Assembly: GCA_902777205.1 (NCBI GenBank)
Contig: CACYSU010000001.1
Location: forward strand, 21,832 to 85,831
DNA from: an uncultured Rhodospirillales bacterium
GTDB taxonomy: Bacteria > Pseudomonadota > Alphaproteobacteria > CAAGCB01 > CAG-977
Direction of reading: 5' to 3'
Length of the DNA: 64,000 bases
The position numbers were made by a program, and so were the translations under genes. The notes beneath the pieces were generated by a model, which worked only from the letters and a program-made list of their open reading frames with translations, was not told the origin of the DNA and did not search any database. Positions 50,439 to 61,500 of the stretch are shown here, piece after piece. Position 1 is the first letter of the stretch; each line of letters begins with the position of its first letter.

Positions 50439-51751
50439 GGCGCCTCCCGCGGCATCAGGTAGGTGGTGACGGACGCGGAGGCCAGCATATCCCCGTAAGC
50501 TTCGCGCACATCCGCCAGCGTGACTTTTTCAATGTTCGCCGTCCAATTTTTCAAATCCTCGACGCTCAGCCCCAAAACATAAAAGAGGCCGACCAGATTG
50601 GCCGCCGTTTCGGGGTTGTCGTTTAAATATTCCAAATCGGCGACCAGCCTTTTTTTCGCTTTGTCCAAATCCTTTTGCGTCACGGACGCGGGGTCGGCGA
50701 AACGGTCGAGTTCGCGTTCCAAGCCGGACAGGGATTCGCCGTCGCGCGCCGTCAGGAAAAAGGAAAACGTCCCCTTGTCCAGCGCGAAGCCGTCGTATCC
50801 GGTCGAAGCCGACTGCGCCGTTTTTTGACCGGCGACGAAATGTTTGTACATCTTGCCCAGATGATACGTCCCCAGTATTTCGTTCAAAACGGCGTAAGCG
50901 TGCGTGTGTTCCCGCCCTTCGGACAGATAGGACGGGACGATGTAGGAACGGCGCAGGGAATACAACTTCGCCTGCGGGTGGCGCATTTCCAGTTTCGATT
51001 TCAGCGGGGCGGGGGCGGGGAACAGCCGTTTGACCGCGGGCGTCCGGCTGGGGGCGATCGCGCCGTAGTATTTTTCCGCCAGCGGTTTCAATTCGGCGGC
51101 GGAAATGTCGCCGGCGACGACCAGCACGGCGTTTTCGGGCGTGTAGTGTTCCCGATAAAACCGCTGCGCGTCGTCCAATGTCAGGGTCGGCAGCTCTTTT
51201 TTCGTGCCGATGACGGGGCGGCCGTAAGGGTGTTCGCCCCACAGCGCGGCGCGGCGGCGTTCGTCCAGAATTCCGGCCGGATTGTTTTCCGTGCGCATCA
51301 GCCGTTCCTCTTTGACGACCTCCAGTTCCGGTTCAAAATCCTGCTGGGAAAAGCGCAGGTTTTTCATGCGGTCGGATTCCAGAAACATCACCAGTTCCAG
51401 CCGGTCGCGCGCGATGTTCTGGTAATACGCCGTATAGTCGTGGGACGTGAACGCGTTTTCCGTGCCGCCGTTTCGGGCGACGATCTTTGAAAACTCCCCG
51501 TCGGGGACGGCGGGCGTGCCTTTGAACATCATATGTTCCAAAACGTGCGCGATGCCCGATTTGCCGGCGGGATCGTCGATTGATCCGGTCTTGTACCACA
51601 CCATGTGGGTGACGACGGGCGCGCGGCGGTTTTCGATGACGGCGACCTGCATTCCGTTGTCCAGCGTGAACGTTTCCGCGTCGAAAACGGATGCCGCGGC
51701 GTCAAAAACGATCAGGCACAGGGCGGTCAAAAGGGCGGCGAAGCGCATCAT
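50435..51751 (-). CDS. M16-family zinc peptidase (active subunit).
   Basis: H-V-L-E-H inverzincin motif. Signal peptide. Confidence 0.85.
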
Positions 51752-51990
51752 TCCTCCGTTTCCGGCGCGGGTTCGGGGACGGTTTCAGGTGTTTTTTCCG
51801 GCGCGGGGGCGGCGGTCTGTTCCGGCGTTTTTCCGGCCGGTTCGGGCGCGCGCAGCAGGTAATCCGGCGGCAAAGCCAGACGGTTGTGCGTGACGAACCC
51901 CTCCGGATCGGGACCCCGCTTTTCATCCAGCGAATAATAGTTGCCGCATCCGGTCAGCAACAGCAGTGAAATCAGGCATAAGGCTTTCAT
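51748..51990 (-). CDS. Small lipoprotein with a Pro/Glu-rich tail.
   Basis: Lipobox L-L-T-G-C. Confidence 0.5.
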   Translation of the reverse strand: MKALCLISLLLLTGCGNYYSLDEKRGPDPEGFVTHNRLALPPDYLLRAPEPAGKTPEQTAAPAPEKTPETVPEPAPETEE

Positions 51991-52001
51991 ATCATTATCC
52001 T

Positions 52002-52631
52002 TTATCGTTCAAACGGCAAGGCGGCGATGTCCGCCGCGACGGCGACCTGCGCGTACCGGTCGGCGATGTTGGCCAGCGCGGTTTCCTGCATCACGGCGGC
52101 GGAAACGACGCGCGCCCCGTCCCATGACATCACGTCGCACGAAGCGGTCGCGTCTGCGGCGACAATTCCCCTGTACCCCAGCAATCGGGCGTCGTGCGCG
52201 GTGGCGGCGATCGCGGCCGGCGTCGGAATTCCGGCGATGACCAGCGTGTCCGCGCCCGCCGTTTCCAGCGCGGTGTGCAGCCCCGATCCGCCGAACGCGC
52301 TGTCGGCGTATTTGGTTAAAACGGCATCCTTTCCGTTCGGCAGCAAAGGCGGGTGAAAGGCCGTTCCGTCGCCGTCGGGGGCAAAAACGGGACTGGCGGG
52401 GCTTTTGGCCTGATGCCGGATGAAAAAAACGGGGATTTTGTTTTTATCCGCCCATTCTTTCAGCCGGACGGCGGAGCGGATTGCGGCGTCCGCGTTCGCG
52501 GCGGGCAGCGTTCCGGTGAAATGCTCCGTTTGAAATCCGATCAGCAACAGCGCCGTTTTTTTGCGGTTCAGGCGCGTGACATCCGGCGTTCCGGACAGGC
52601 GGCGAAAAACGGCCGGCGCGGTCAAAGTCAT
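52002..52631 (-). CDS. Isochorismatase-family (cysteine-hydrolase-like) protein.
   Basis: Start at ATG 52631, overlapping the lspA stop. Family-like core, but no obvious catalytic Cys. Confidence 0.55.
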   Translation of the reverse strand: MTLTAPAVFRRLSGTPDVTRLNRKKTALLLIGFQTEHFTGTLPAANADAAIRSAVRLKEWADKNKIPVFFIRHQAKSPASPVFAPDGDGTAFHPPLLPNGKDAVLTKYADSAFGGSGLHTALETAGADTLVIAGIPTPAAIAATAHDARLLGYRGIVAADATASCDVMSWDGARVVSAAVMQETALANIADRYAQVAVAADIAALPFER

Positions 52632-53128
52632 TTTTTGTCTTCTCCTTTTTTCACGGGATCGGACAGCTTTTCGATCGGAGCGAAAAACAAATTCCAGATC
52701 AAAATGACGCCCGCGCCGACGCAAATGGCGGAATCGGCCGCGTTAAACGCCGGCCAGTGGCGCGCGCCGATGTGGAAATCCAGAAAATCGACGACGGCGC
52801 GGAAACGCACGCGGTCGATGACGTTGCCCAGCGCGCCGCCCAAAATCATGCCGAAACAAAGAATGGTCGGCACGTTTTTTTCCGTGTACATCCAATGCGT
52901 GATGACGGCGCAGATCAGCAGCGCGACCGTCACCAGCACCCACGGCATGGCGGGGTGGTCGGAATGGAACATGGAAAAGCTGACGCCTTTGTTCCACGCC
53001 AGCACAAAATTGAAAAAGGGCGCGATTTCGACGGGCGCGGCGTTTCGGGCGAAGTACGACAGCACGAACGCCTTGCTGATCTGGTCGATCAGCAGCACGG
53101 TCAGGGCGCAGAGCAAACCTTTTTTCAT
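52628..53128 (-). CDS. lspA: Lipoprotein signal peptidase II.
   Basis: 166 aa, four TM segments. Conserved N/D residues. Confidence 0.85.
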   Translation of the reverse strand: MKKGLLCALTVLLIDQISKAFVLSYFARNAAPVEIAPFFNFVLAWNKGVSFSMFHSDHPAMPWVLVTVALLICAVITHWMYTEKNVPTILCFGMILGGALGNVIDRVRFRAVVDFLDFHIGARHWPAFNAADSAICVGAGVILIWNLFFAPIEKLSDPVKKGEDKK

Positions 53129-54042
53129 TTCAAAATCCTTTTCACCGTTTCGGCGTCCGTTTGAATTTGCGCTTTCAATTCATCCAATGAATTAAACCGC
53201 ACCTCGGGACGCAGGAAAGTTTTCAGCCGCACGCGCAGCCGTTTGCCGTACAGGTCGCCGTCGTAATCCAGAATGTGGGCTTCCAGCAAAACGCCTTGGC
53301 CGTTGACGGTCGGGCGCGTTCCGATGTTGGCGACGGCCTTTTTTTCGACGCCGTCGATATCCACCGTCGCGGCGTACACCCCGATTCGCGGCAAAATCGA
53401 ATCGTTGGGTTTGATGTTGATCGTCGGAAAACCGATCGTCCGGCCGATTTCGGAACCGTGGACGACGTATCCTTCGATTTCAAAGGGGTGTTCCATCAAA
53501 CCGGCCGCGCGTTCGACCGCGCCGTCGCGCAAAAACGACCGGATGCGCGAAGAAGAGATGATTTCACCGTTTTGGTCGCGCAGTTTCGCAACGGCCGTCA
53601 CGGGCAGTTCGGGATGGTTTTTGCGCAGAAAGTCAACGTCGCCCTGCCGGTTTTTGCCGAAACTGTAATCTTCGCCGACGACGACGCGGGCGGCGCGCAG
53701 TCCGTTGATCAGAACGTCGCGGACGAATTCGTCGGCCGTCATGTCCGCGAACGCGCGGTTGAACGCGAACACGAAAAATCCGTCGATCGGCAAACGGCAG
53801 ATCAGCCGGACTTTGGAACGGATGGGGGTGATGCGGAACGTGCGGTCGCTGGGGCGGAAAAATCCCCCCGGATGCGGTTCAAACGTCATCAGGACGACGG
53901 GGCGGTTTTCGGCGCGTGCGATTTTCACGGCGGTTTCGACGACGGCCTTGTGTCCCGTGTGGAAACCGTCGAAATTGCCGATCGCCACGACGGCGTGTTG
54001 AAAAGCGGTCGGCACATTGCGCCATGAATGAAAGAATCTCAT
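53125..54042 (-). CDS. ribF: Bifunctional riboflavin kinase / FMN adenylyltransferase.
   Basis: AIGNFDGFHTGH motif. 305 aa. Confidence 0.9.
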   Translation of the reverse strand: MRFFHSWRNVPTAFQHAVVAIGNFDGFHTGHKAVVETAVKIARAENRPVVLMTFEPHPGGFFRPSDRTFRITPIRSKVRLICRLPIDGFFVFAFNRAFADMTADEFVRDVLINGLRAARVVVGEDYSFGKNRQGDVDFLRKNHPELPVTAVAKLRDQNGEIISSSRIRSFLRDGAVERAAGLMEHPFEIEGYVVHGSEIGRTIGFPTINIKPNDSILPRIGVYAATVDIDGVEKKAVANIGTRPTVNGQGVLLEAHILDYDGDLYGKRLRVRLKTFLRPEVRFNSLDELKAQIQTDAETVKRILK

Positions 54043-54107
54043 TTGAAAATAACGTCCCGAAATCGTATAATCCGCTTATTCTATTACATTGTGACGAAAG
54101 GTGAAAG

Positions 54108-54833
54108 ATGTCATTCGTTCTGCCAACCGTATTAGGGCACCGCGGCGCCCGATCCGTTAAAACCGAAAACACAATAGAAGCTTTTGCCTACGCTTGTCAA
54201 TCGGGCGTTAGGTGGGTGGAATTGGACGCCATGCTGTCAAAGGACGGCGAGGCCGTCGTTTTCCACGACGAAACGATCGACCGGATGTGCGAAAACAGGG
54301 AAACGGGGCGGCTGGACGAACGCACGGCGGAACAGCTGAGGTCCGTCACGCTGAAAAACGGCGCGAAGATTCCGACGCTGGCGCAGGTGTTGGACGTGTT
54401 GAACCGCTACAACGGATGCGTGAACATCGAAATCAAACCGTCGCGGCCGGAATTGGCGCGCGAAACGGCGCGCAAGGTCTGGCAGGTCGTTCGCGACCGC
54501 CGGTTCGACGACCCCGCCCGCCTGTTCTTTTCCAGCTTCACTTGGGACGCGCTGAAGGAAACGAAAGCGATCGCCCCGCACATCCGCCGCGGCGTTCTGG
54601 TCGAGGACGTTTCCGGCGATTGGCGGCCGGCCGCGAAAGAGGTTGAAGCCTATTCGATCAACTATGACGCGGATCTGCTGACCCCCGAACTGATTCGGGA
54701 AATCAAGGACGGCGGCTATCACCTGCTGGCCTACACGGTCAATGACGCGGAACAGGCGAAAAAGCTGCGCGCCCAAGGGGTGGAGGCGTTTTTCTGCGAC
54801 GATCCCTTGTTTATGACCAAAGCGTTGGGGTGA
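54108..54833 (+). CDS. Glycerophosphodiester phosphodiesterase.
   Basis: GDPD N-terminal motif VLGHRGARSVKTENTIEAF. Confidence 0.85.
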   Translation: MSFVLPTVLGHRGARSVKTENTIEAFAYACQSGVRWVELDAMLSKDGEAVVFHDETIDRMCENRETGRLDERTAEQLRSVTLKNGAKIPTLAQVLDVLNRYNGCVNIEIKPSRPELARETARKVWQVVRDRRFDDPARLFFSSFTWDALKETKAIAPHIRRGVLVEDVSGDWRPAAKEVEAYSINYDADLLTPELIREIKDGGYHLLAYTVNDAEQAKKLRAQGVEAFFCDDPLFMTKALG

Positions 54834-54839
54834 CGGAAA

Positions 54840-55778
54840 ATGTCCATCGGTGCTTTTATCAAAAAGAAAACGGCGAAAATCGTCACTTTTCCCGTTCTGA
54901 ACAAGGAAAAGCGGCGGTCGCTGCGCAAAAAGCTGGAATTGAAATGGGGATGCGCGGACACGGGCGTTTTAAACGTGTATTTCGACAGCGTCATGCGCAA
55001 ATACAACGGCTTGGTCGAAAACGCGCCGGAAATCGAAACGCTGGTTTCGGGCGACAGCCACGCGCAGTTCGGATGCGCGCCGTTCGTCATGGGGGAAAAC
55101 GCTTACAACTGCGCGTTCAACGCGAACAGTTTGTACGAAAGCTTTGAAGTGGTTAAACGGGCGGCGGAAATGTGCCCGCGGCTGAAAACCGTTGTGTTGT
55201 TCGTTTCGTTTTACAACGGCGGGTACAGTTTGGTGCGCACGACCGAAGCGTGGCGGTGCCGGATATTGGAAAAATATCTGAAAATGCCGTTCGATTTTTC
55301 CGTCAATAAAACAATCGACGTCCGATTGTACGACGCGGCTATTGAAAAATTGCGGCTTTCGGGCGACAACCTGTGCTGTCAGGGATTCGATTTCGCCGGT
55401 CAGCATATCAACCGGTCAACGAAAAAGACGCGCGACCGCGTCCTGCATCATTTCAAAATCTATCAAAAATACGACAACCAGTGGGGCGTGCTACGGGACT
55501 TCTGCGATTTTTGCAAAGAAAAAGGCCTGCGCCCGCTATTGGTTTATCCGCCCGTGCGCAGCGATTACGCCGCCGTTTTAAACGAAGTCGGGCAGGGATT
55601 TGATCCGACCGCCGTTGTCAAACAAATCGCGGCGGAAAAGGGCGTCGCTTTGCTGGACGCGCGGGACGGATTCGACGACGACGATTTCGCCGACGCGGAT
55701 CATTTGAATTTCAACGGGGCGGTCAAGCTGACCCGCCGGATCACGGGCGCGTCCTTAATGCTTAATAAGTGCGTTTGA
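54840..55778 (+). CDS. SGNH/GDSL-like hydrolase-family protein (putative polysaccharide O-acyl modifying).
   Basis: S-G-D-S-H-A block I and D-A-D-H-L block V. First gene of a glycan cluster. Confidence 0.45.
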   Translation: MSIGAFIKKKTAKIVTFPVLNKEKRRSLRKKLELKWGCADTGVLNVYFDSVMRKYNGLVENAPEIETLVSGDSHAQFGCAPFVMGENAYNCAFNANSLYESFEVVKRAAEMCPRLKTVVLFVSFYNGGYSLVRTTEAWRCRILEKYLKMPFDFSVNKTIDVRLYDAAIEKLRLSGDNLCCQGFDFAGQHINRSTKKTRDRVLHHFKIYQKYDNQWGVLRDFCDFCKEKGLRPLLVYPPVRSDYAAVLNEVGQGFDPTAVVKQIAAEKGVALLDARDGFDDDDFADADHLNFNGAVKLTRRITGASLMLNKCV

Positions 55779-56661
55779 AAAATTCGACCGTTTCCCGCAG
55801 TCCGTCCTCCAACGCCGTTTGCGGAGTGAATCCTAAAACGGCGGCGGCTTTGGCGTTGTTCAAAACGCTGTGTTTGATGTCGCCGGCGCGGGCGGGCGCG
55901 CGGTTCGGCGAAAGGGTGTAGTCCGTGTATTTTCCGATCAGCGAAAACAGTTTGTTGATGCTGGTGCGGGCGTTGGTGGACACGTTCAGCGTTTCGTTCT
56001 TTCCGTCCGACAAAACGGCGCGGCAATTCATTTCCGCCACGTCCCCGACATACACGAAATCGCGGGTCTGTTCGCCGTCGCCGTGAATTTCCAGCGGCAG
56101 GTTCTTGATCATCTTTTCAATGAAAATGGACACGACGCCCGCTTCGCCGTGCGGGTCTTGGCGCGGGCCGTAAACGTTCGCGTAACGGAAAATGACGTGG
56201 TCGATGCCGGACAGTTTGACGTATTCCTCCATCGTGTGTTTGGACACGGCGTAGGGCGACAGAAAGCTGACGGGGTGTTTTTCATCGACGGGCAGGTATT
56301 GCGGCGCGGCGTACAGGGCGGCGCTGGACGACACGACGATTTTTTTGACGCCGTGCTTTTTGCACAATTCGATCACGCGCACGGACGCCATCACGTTGTC
56401 CTGCGCGTCGCGGACGGGGTCGGCGACGGACACGGCGACGGACGCCTGCGCCGCCAGATGGATCACGGCGTCGAAACCGTGTTTTTCAAACACTTCGGCG
56501 GTTTGCGGATCGTTCAGGTCGCGCCGGTAATAAACGGCGGCATCGTTTTTATAGGGCGGATCCCTGCGGTCGATGACGACGACATCGCATCCCCCGGCGA
56601 TCAGTTTGTCCACCGTGTGCGATCCGATGAAACCCGCGCCGCCCGTAACCAATATCCGCAT
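55762..56661 (-). CDS. NAD-dependent epimerase/dehydratase (GalE-like short-chain).
   Basis: M-R-I-L-V-T-G-G-A-G-F-I-G Rossmann motif and the Y-x3-K active site. Confidence 0.85.
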   Translation of the reverse strand: MRILVTGGAGFIGSHTVDKLIAGGCDVVVIDRRDPPYKNDAAVYYRRDLNDPQTAEVFEKHGFDAVIHLAAQASVAVSVADPVRDAQDNVMASVRVIELCKKHGVKKIVVSSSAALYAAPQYLPVDEKHPVSFLSPYAVSKHTMEEYVKLSGIDHVIFRYANVYGPRQDPHGEAGVVSIFIEKMIKNLPLEIHGDGEQTRDFVYVGDVAEMNCRAVLSDGKNETLNVSTNARTSINKLFSLIGKYTDYTLSPNRAPARAGDIKHSVLNNAKAAAVLGFTPQTALEDGLRETVEFFKRTY

Positions 56662-56756
56662 TTTCCCGTCCTTTTGTTTTAAATTGACCTTTGGAACAAG
56701 TTACTCTAAAACATAAAAAATAACAGCTGTTTTTTCGCGTTCGCGGGGATGTTTTT

Positions 56757-57884
56757 ATGAAAGTCATGATCGTCAAGGACAGGAACGTCCTGAACACAAA
56801 GTTTCTGGCGCAGTTCGTCAATTCCCTGCACCGCATCGGGTTTGACGTGACCGTGGTGTGCGACACCTATAAAAAACAGGGCAGCGGCGTCACGCTGGAT
56901 GAAGGCGTGAAGTTCGTTAATTTGAACGCCAAAACGAAAAACCCGTTCTTGAATGTTTACCGTTTTCTGCGCGGCAAGCTGTTCCGGCCGGTCAAGCGGT
57001 TCAAAAAAGTCATCGCGGACGAAAAGCCCGATGTCATCATCTGCTATTTCATGGTCGATCTGGTGAACGTGCTGTACAAACAGGATCACGACATCCCCGT
57101 GATCATGATGATGCACGGCTATCCGCCGGTGATGCTGGGGCATTTGATGAAGAAAAAGCCCTATATGCGCAAAATTTACCGCGACGTGATGGACAGGGCG
57201 GCGGCTTTTCACGTTTTGATGAAATCCTACGAACCGACGATCGCGCAATTCTGCACCCCGAAACGCGTGGTGACGATCCCGAACGAAGTCGTGCAGATCC
57301 CCGAATCCGGCCGTGCCGACCTGTCGGTTGAAAAAAAGCGGATCATTTACGTCGCCCGCGTGGAAAAAGAGGGTAAACGCCACCATTTGCTGGTCGAGGC
57401 GTTCGGCCGCCTGTTCAAGGATTTTCCCGATTGGCGGCTGGAATTCTGGGGGATGCGGAAATATCCCGCCTATGAACGCGAACTGATGGAATTGGCGGCG
57501 AAATACGGGGCGGAAAACAACGTGTTCATCAAAGGCTACCATCCCCGCATCCAAGAGGTTTACCGCGACGCCGACATTCACGCTTTCCCGTCCGCGCACG
57601 AAGGGTTTTCGCTGGCTTTGGCGGACGGCATGGCCTGCGGGCTGCCGTCGCTGGGGTTTGCCGACGCGCCGTCGGTCAACGAATTGATCGTGGACGGGCA
57701 TAACGGTTTTCTGGCGTCGGATTTGGACGACTTTACGCAAAAGCTCCGCACGCTGATGAGCGACGGGGATTTGCGGATGAAATTCGGGAAAAACGCCGTC
57801 GCGGACATGGTTGACTACGCCCCCGAAAAGGTCATAGAAATGTGGCGCAAGCTGATCGTCGAAACGGTGGAGGGACGCCGATGA
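56757..57884 (+). CDS. Glycosyltransferase family 4 (GT-B).
   Basis: E-G-F-S-L-A-L-A-D-G-M-A-C-G-L-P motif. Confidence 0.8.
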   Translation: MKVMIVKDRNVLNTKFLAQFVNSLHRIGFDVTVVCDTYKKQGSGVTLDEGVKFVNLNAKTKNPFLNVYRFLRGKLFRPVKRFKKVIADEKPDVIICYFMVDLVNVLYKQDHDIPVIMMMHGYPPVMLGHLMKKKPYMRKIYRDVMDRAAAFHVLMKSYEPTIAQFCTPKRVVTIPNEVVQIPESGRADLSVEKKRIIYVARVEKEGKRHHLLVEAFGRLFKDFPDWRLEFWGMRKYPAYERELMELAAKYGAENNVFIKGYHPRIQEVYRDADIHAFPSAHEGFSLALADGMACGLPSLGFADAPSVNELIVDGHNGFLASDLDDFTQKLRTLMSDGDLRMKFGKNAVADMVDYAPEKVIEMWRKLIVETVEGRR

Positions 57885-58684
57885 TACCCAAAAAAATCCA
57901 TTACTGCTGGTTCGGCCCCGCCAAAAAGGGCGAAGTCGAAACGAAATGCATTGAAAGCTGGAAAAAAATCCTGCCCGATTACGAAATCCGCGAATGGAAC
58001 GACGCCGATCTGGCGCAATTCGACAACCGGTATTTGAAACAGGCCGTCGCGGCGAAAAAATGGGCGTTCGTGTCCGACTATGTGCGTTTGCACGCTTTGG
58101 CGGCCGAGGGCGGCGTGTATTTCGACACGGACGAGGAAATCAGAAAGCCTTTGGACGATTTCATGAATTTCGATTTCTTCATCGGGTCGCAAAAATGCGG
58201 GTCGTGCCGCAGCATTTCGCCCGCGCTGATCGGAACGGTGCCGAACCACCCGATCGTCAGGGATTTGCTGGCGGAATACGACGACATCGACTTTGTCAAC
58301 CCCGACGGGTCGTTCAACCTGACGACCAATCCGATGTACTTTGCCAAAGTGTTTAAGGAAAAATACGGGATCGACGACGTGTTCGTGACAAAGGATCGCG
58401 TGAAAATCATGGAAAACGCGTACATCTATCCGTATTATTGTTTCTGCACCGACAACGCGGACGCCTATGCCGTGCATCATTACACGGGCAGCTGGAAACC
58501 GGATTGGAACGTCCGTGAAAAACTGTCGGTTCCCGTCGGTTTCGGACGCCGGCTGGTGATCCGGAAATATAAGAAGAATCGGGACGGCGCCGAAATGCCG
58601 TTCAATGACGGCGACAAGGTTTTGTTTTCCGTCAAAACATCCAAAAGATCGCGGCTTTACCTGTTATTGGCGAAAAAGAAATGA
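57881..58684 (+). CDS. Glycosyltransferase with DXD sugar-binding region (Gly_transf_sug / OCH1-like).
   Basis: K-K-I-H-Y-C-W-F-G N-terminus. ATG overlaps the upstream stop. Confidence 0.65.
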   Translation: MIPKKIHYCWFGPAKKGEVETKCIESWKKILPDYEIREWNDADLAQFDNRYLKQAVAAKKWAFVSDYVRLHALAAEGGVYFDTDEEIRKPLDDFMNFDFFIGSQKCGSCRSISPALIGTVPNHPIVRDLLAEYDDIDFVNPDGSFNLTTNPMYFAKVFKEKYGIDDVFVTKDRVKIMENAYIYPYYCFCTDNADAYAVHHYTGSWKPDWNVREKLSVPVGFGRRLVIRKYKKNRDGAEMPFNDGDKVLFSVKTSKRSRLYLLLAKKK

Positions 58685-60303
58685 AAAAATACGTTTTCGA
58701 CGTTTTGCGCGTTCTGTTCAGCTCTTTGATCATCCTGCTGTTTTTGATGCTGCCGGAAATCGTTTTCAGCTTTATCAATCCGAAATTGGCGGTGTGCGGC
58801 AATTTCGACAAGCTGGGGGCGGTGTTTTTGCTGGCGATCGCGCTGTCGCTGGTCGGGAATAAAACGTTTATCAAATGGTTTTTGATCGTTTTCGGCGTTT
58901 TCCAGCTGGTGCAGTTCAATTCCATGGCGTATTTCGGCGTCTATCTGACGCCGTACGCGATCGACTTCATCTTTTTGGAAACGGGCGACATCATCACGGA
59001 AATCAAAGACGTGTGGTACAAATACCTGTACGTCGTCGCTTTGGTCGGCGTGCCGTACTGGCTGTTGTGGCTGGCCGTGTCGCGCGACATTTTGAACCGC
59101 GTGACGTTCAAATACGGGTGGGTTTTGCCGATGCTGTACGTCGCGGCGTTTTTTTACCGCGCTTCGACGCCCGACGGCATTTTCCAGATGCTGTTCAAAC
59201 AGACGTGTTTCGCGTCGTACAACACGATCAATTCGTTTTCGGCCTATCTGGGCAACGTTCTGCCGAAAAAAATCATCGGCCATTCGCAAGAAAAGGTTTA
59301 TCCCGATTACAAACTGACGAACATTGAAAAGGACAAAAACGAACCCGTCAACGTCGTTTTCGTCGTCGGTGAATCGGTGAACGCCAACCACTTGTCCCTG
59401 TTCGGGTACGACCGCCCGACGACGCCGCAGCTGGAAGCTTACGCCGCGCGGGATCCGCAGTTCATTTATAAAAAGGCGTGGGCGGCGGGCGTCAACACGT
59501 TGATCGCGCTGCCGATGCTTTACAACATTCAGGTCAACCCGAAAAACTATCGCAAGCTGATCAAACGCGACAGCTATCTGATGAAAATGGCGCGGGAAAA
59601 CGGGTTCAAAGTCACCTATATCGAATCGCAAAACGCGTCTTTGTTCAAAAAAACGTCCGTTTCCGATTATGACGACGCTTTCGTGTATTCGTCCGCCGAC
59701 GGCGAGGAATTGAAAGGCGAAAGCGGATTTTTGGACAAGGTGTTCGCGCGGATCGACCTGAACGCCGGACGGAATTTCGTCGTCGTGCATAAACGCAACG
59801 TTCATTCGCCCTATAACGACAACTATATGTACGAACCCGAAAAATACGAGTTTTTCAAGGATCCGCAAACGGAAGGCCGCGTCAACGAATACGACAACGC
59901 CATGCGTTACGAAGATATGTTGTTGATGAAAATCCTGAATTTCGCCCGTTCGTCAAAGCATAAAACGTACCTGTTCTATCTGTCCGACCATGGCGAGGCT
60001 TTGGGTGAAAACGGCATTTGGGGACACGGCCACCTGTCGCCGGAGGATTTGGAAATCCCGTTTATCTTCACGATGTTCAACGGGACGGACGATGAATTTG
60101 CGGCGCGTTTGCGTGAAAAGCAATGGCCGTGCGCCCACGACGTTTCGATGTGGGTGGCGGAAAAACTGGGCTGGAAAGTCGAAGCGACGGGCGAGGATCT
60201 GAACGTCTGTCAGGTCAACGGCCGCGACACGATGGGACGCGCCGGCGTTTTGAAAATCATCAAAAACGCGAACGGAACGGCGGTTTTCAAGCTGGAAAAG
60301 TGA
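58681..60303 (+). CDS. Sulfatase-superfamily membrane protein, phosphoethanolamine-transferase-like (EptA/LptA family).
   Basis: N-terminal multi-TM region. VVFVVGESVNANHLSLFGYDRPTTP matches the EptA catalytic-domain start. Confidence 0.7.
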   Translation: MKKYVFDVLRVLFSSLIILLFLMLPEIVFSFINPKLAVCGNFDKLGAVFLLAIALSLVGNKTFIKWFLIVFGVFQLVQFNSMAYFGVYLTPYAIDFIFLETGDIITEIKDVWYKYLYVVALVGVPYWLLWLAVSRDILNRVTFKYGWVLPMLYVAAFFYRASTPDGIFQMLFKQTCFASYNTINSFSAYLGNVLPKKIIGHSQEKVYPDYKLTNIEKDKNEPVNVVFVVGESVNANHLSLFGYDRPTTPQLEAYAARDPQFIYKKAWAAGVNTLIALPMLYNIQVNPKNYRKLIKRDSYLMKMARENGFKVTYIESQNASLFKKTSVSDYDDAFVYSSADGEELKGESGFLDKVFARIDLNAGRNFVVVHKRNVHSPYNDNYMYEPEKYEFFKDPQTEGRVNEYDNAMRYEDMLLMKILNFARSSKHKTYLFYLSDHGEALGENGIWGHGHLSPEDLEIPFIFTMFNGTDDEFAARLREKQWPCAHDVSMWVAEKLGWKVEATGEDLNVCQVNGRDTMGRAGVLKIIKNANGTAVFKLEK

Positions 60304-60350
60304 AAAAGCCGTTGTCGGACGAGGCGAGGGGAAGAACGGGAGCGAAGCCG

Positions 60351-61388
60351 ATGCGTGAGAACAATCCTCCCCTTGTCAGCGTGGTCATGCCCGTGTTCAA
60401 CCACCCGCCGTACCGCTTGCGCCGCGCCGTGCAAAGCATTTTGGATCAAACGTATTCCCGTTTTGAATTGATCGTGGCCGACGGCAATCCGACCGACGCC
60501 AATTTAAAAGTGATCAGGGAATTCGACGATCCCAGAATCGTCTATTGCAGGGCGAAAGGGTACATCGACTGCCTGAATCTGGGAATTCAAAAGGCGGCGG
60601 GGGCTTATATCGCGCGCATGGATTCCGATGACATCTCTTTGCCGCAAAGGTTGGAGGAGCAGGTTCGCTTTTTGGAGCAAAATCCGTGCGTCGGCCTGTG
60701 TTCGTGTCAGGCGGAAAGGTTCGGGGATGTCGAACCGTACGTCACGGAAAATCCTGAAAACGTCGATTTCATCACCTGCGTGAAAATCGGCGCCATCCTG
60801 CACCCCGCCATGATGTTCCGCCGAGAATTGAACATCAAATACGAACACGTCAAGCCGGTCGAGGATTGCCTGTTGTTCCGCCGGCTGCTGCTGGACGGAT
60901 GTGTTATTAAAAATCTGGACAAGGTTTTGTTTAAAAGTCGGGAAAACAAAACGTCGATTATGGAACGCCACCCGAAATTGATGGCGCGCTATGCGGCGAA
61001 AATCAATTTGGACGCGTTCGCCAGACTGCCCCGATTGAGGGGGATATTGAGCTTTTCGGATGAAATATTTGAAAAGAAACGGTTTTCCGCCGCTGATTTC
61101 GCAAGCTTTTTCGCCTTTGTTCGGGAAATGAAAAGATCGGACGCGGCGGACGGCCTTGATCCGCTGATGATGTTCCGCCCTTATCTGGAATATATGGTTT
61201 CCCACAGTGAAAACAAACCCGCCGCGTATTTCAAAATGCTGGCCTCCCGCGAATTCCGCGAAACCTGCAGACCCGCGCGCGCAATCCTGCGGCGGATTTT
61301 TTCCGTTCGCAACAAAAGATCGCCCGACGGTCGGAAAACAAAGGTCGTGACGATTTTATCCGTCGATATCGCCGTCAAAAAACTTTGA
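60351..61388 (+). CDS. Glycosyltransferase family 2.
   Basis: Start at ATG 60351 ([17 protein letters not shown]...). D-S-D-D motif. Confidence 0.75.
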   Translation: MRENNPPLVSVVMPVFNHPPYRLRRAVQSILDQTYSRFELIVADGNPTDANLKVIREFDDPRIVYCRAKGYIDCLNLGIQKAAGAYIARMDSDDISLPQRLEEQVRFLEQNPCVGLCSCQAERFGDVEPYVTENPENVDFITCVKIGAILHPAMMFRRELNIKYEHVKPVEDCLLFRRLLLDGCVIKNLDKVLFKSRENKTSIMERHPKLMARYAAKINLDAFARLPRLRGILSFSDEIFEKKRFSAADFASFFAFVREMKRSDAADGLDPLMMFRPYLEYMVSHSENKPAAYFKMLASREFRETCRPARAILRRIFSVRNKRSPDGRKTKVVTILSVDIAVKKL

Positions 61389-61500
61389 ACGCCGAATTGT
61401 AAAAAAAGCTTTGCTTATTGGCGCGGGATTGCTTAAAGTCCAATCCAAAGGGTGCGATCGCGCCCGTTGTTTTCGTGTTTTTCAATCAAAGAGTATGACC

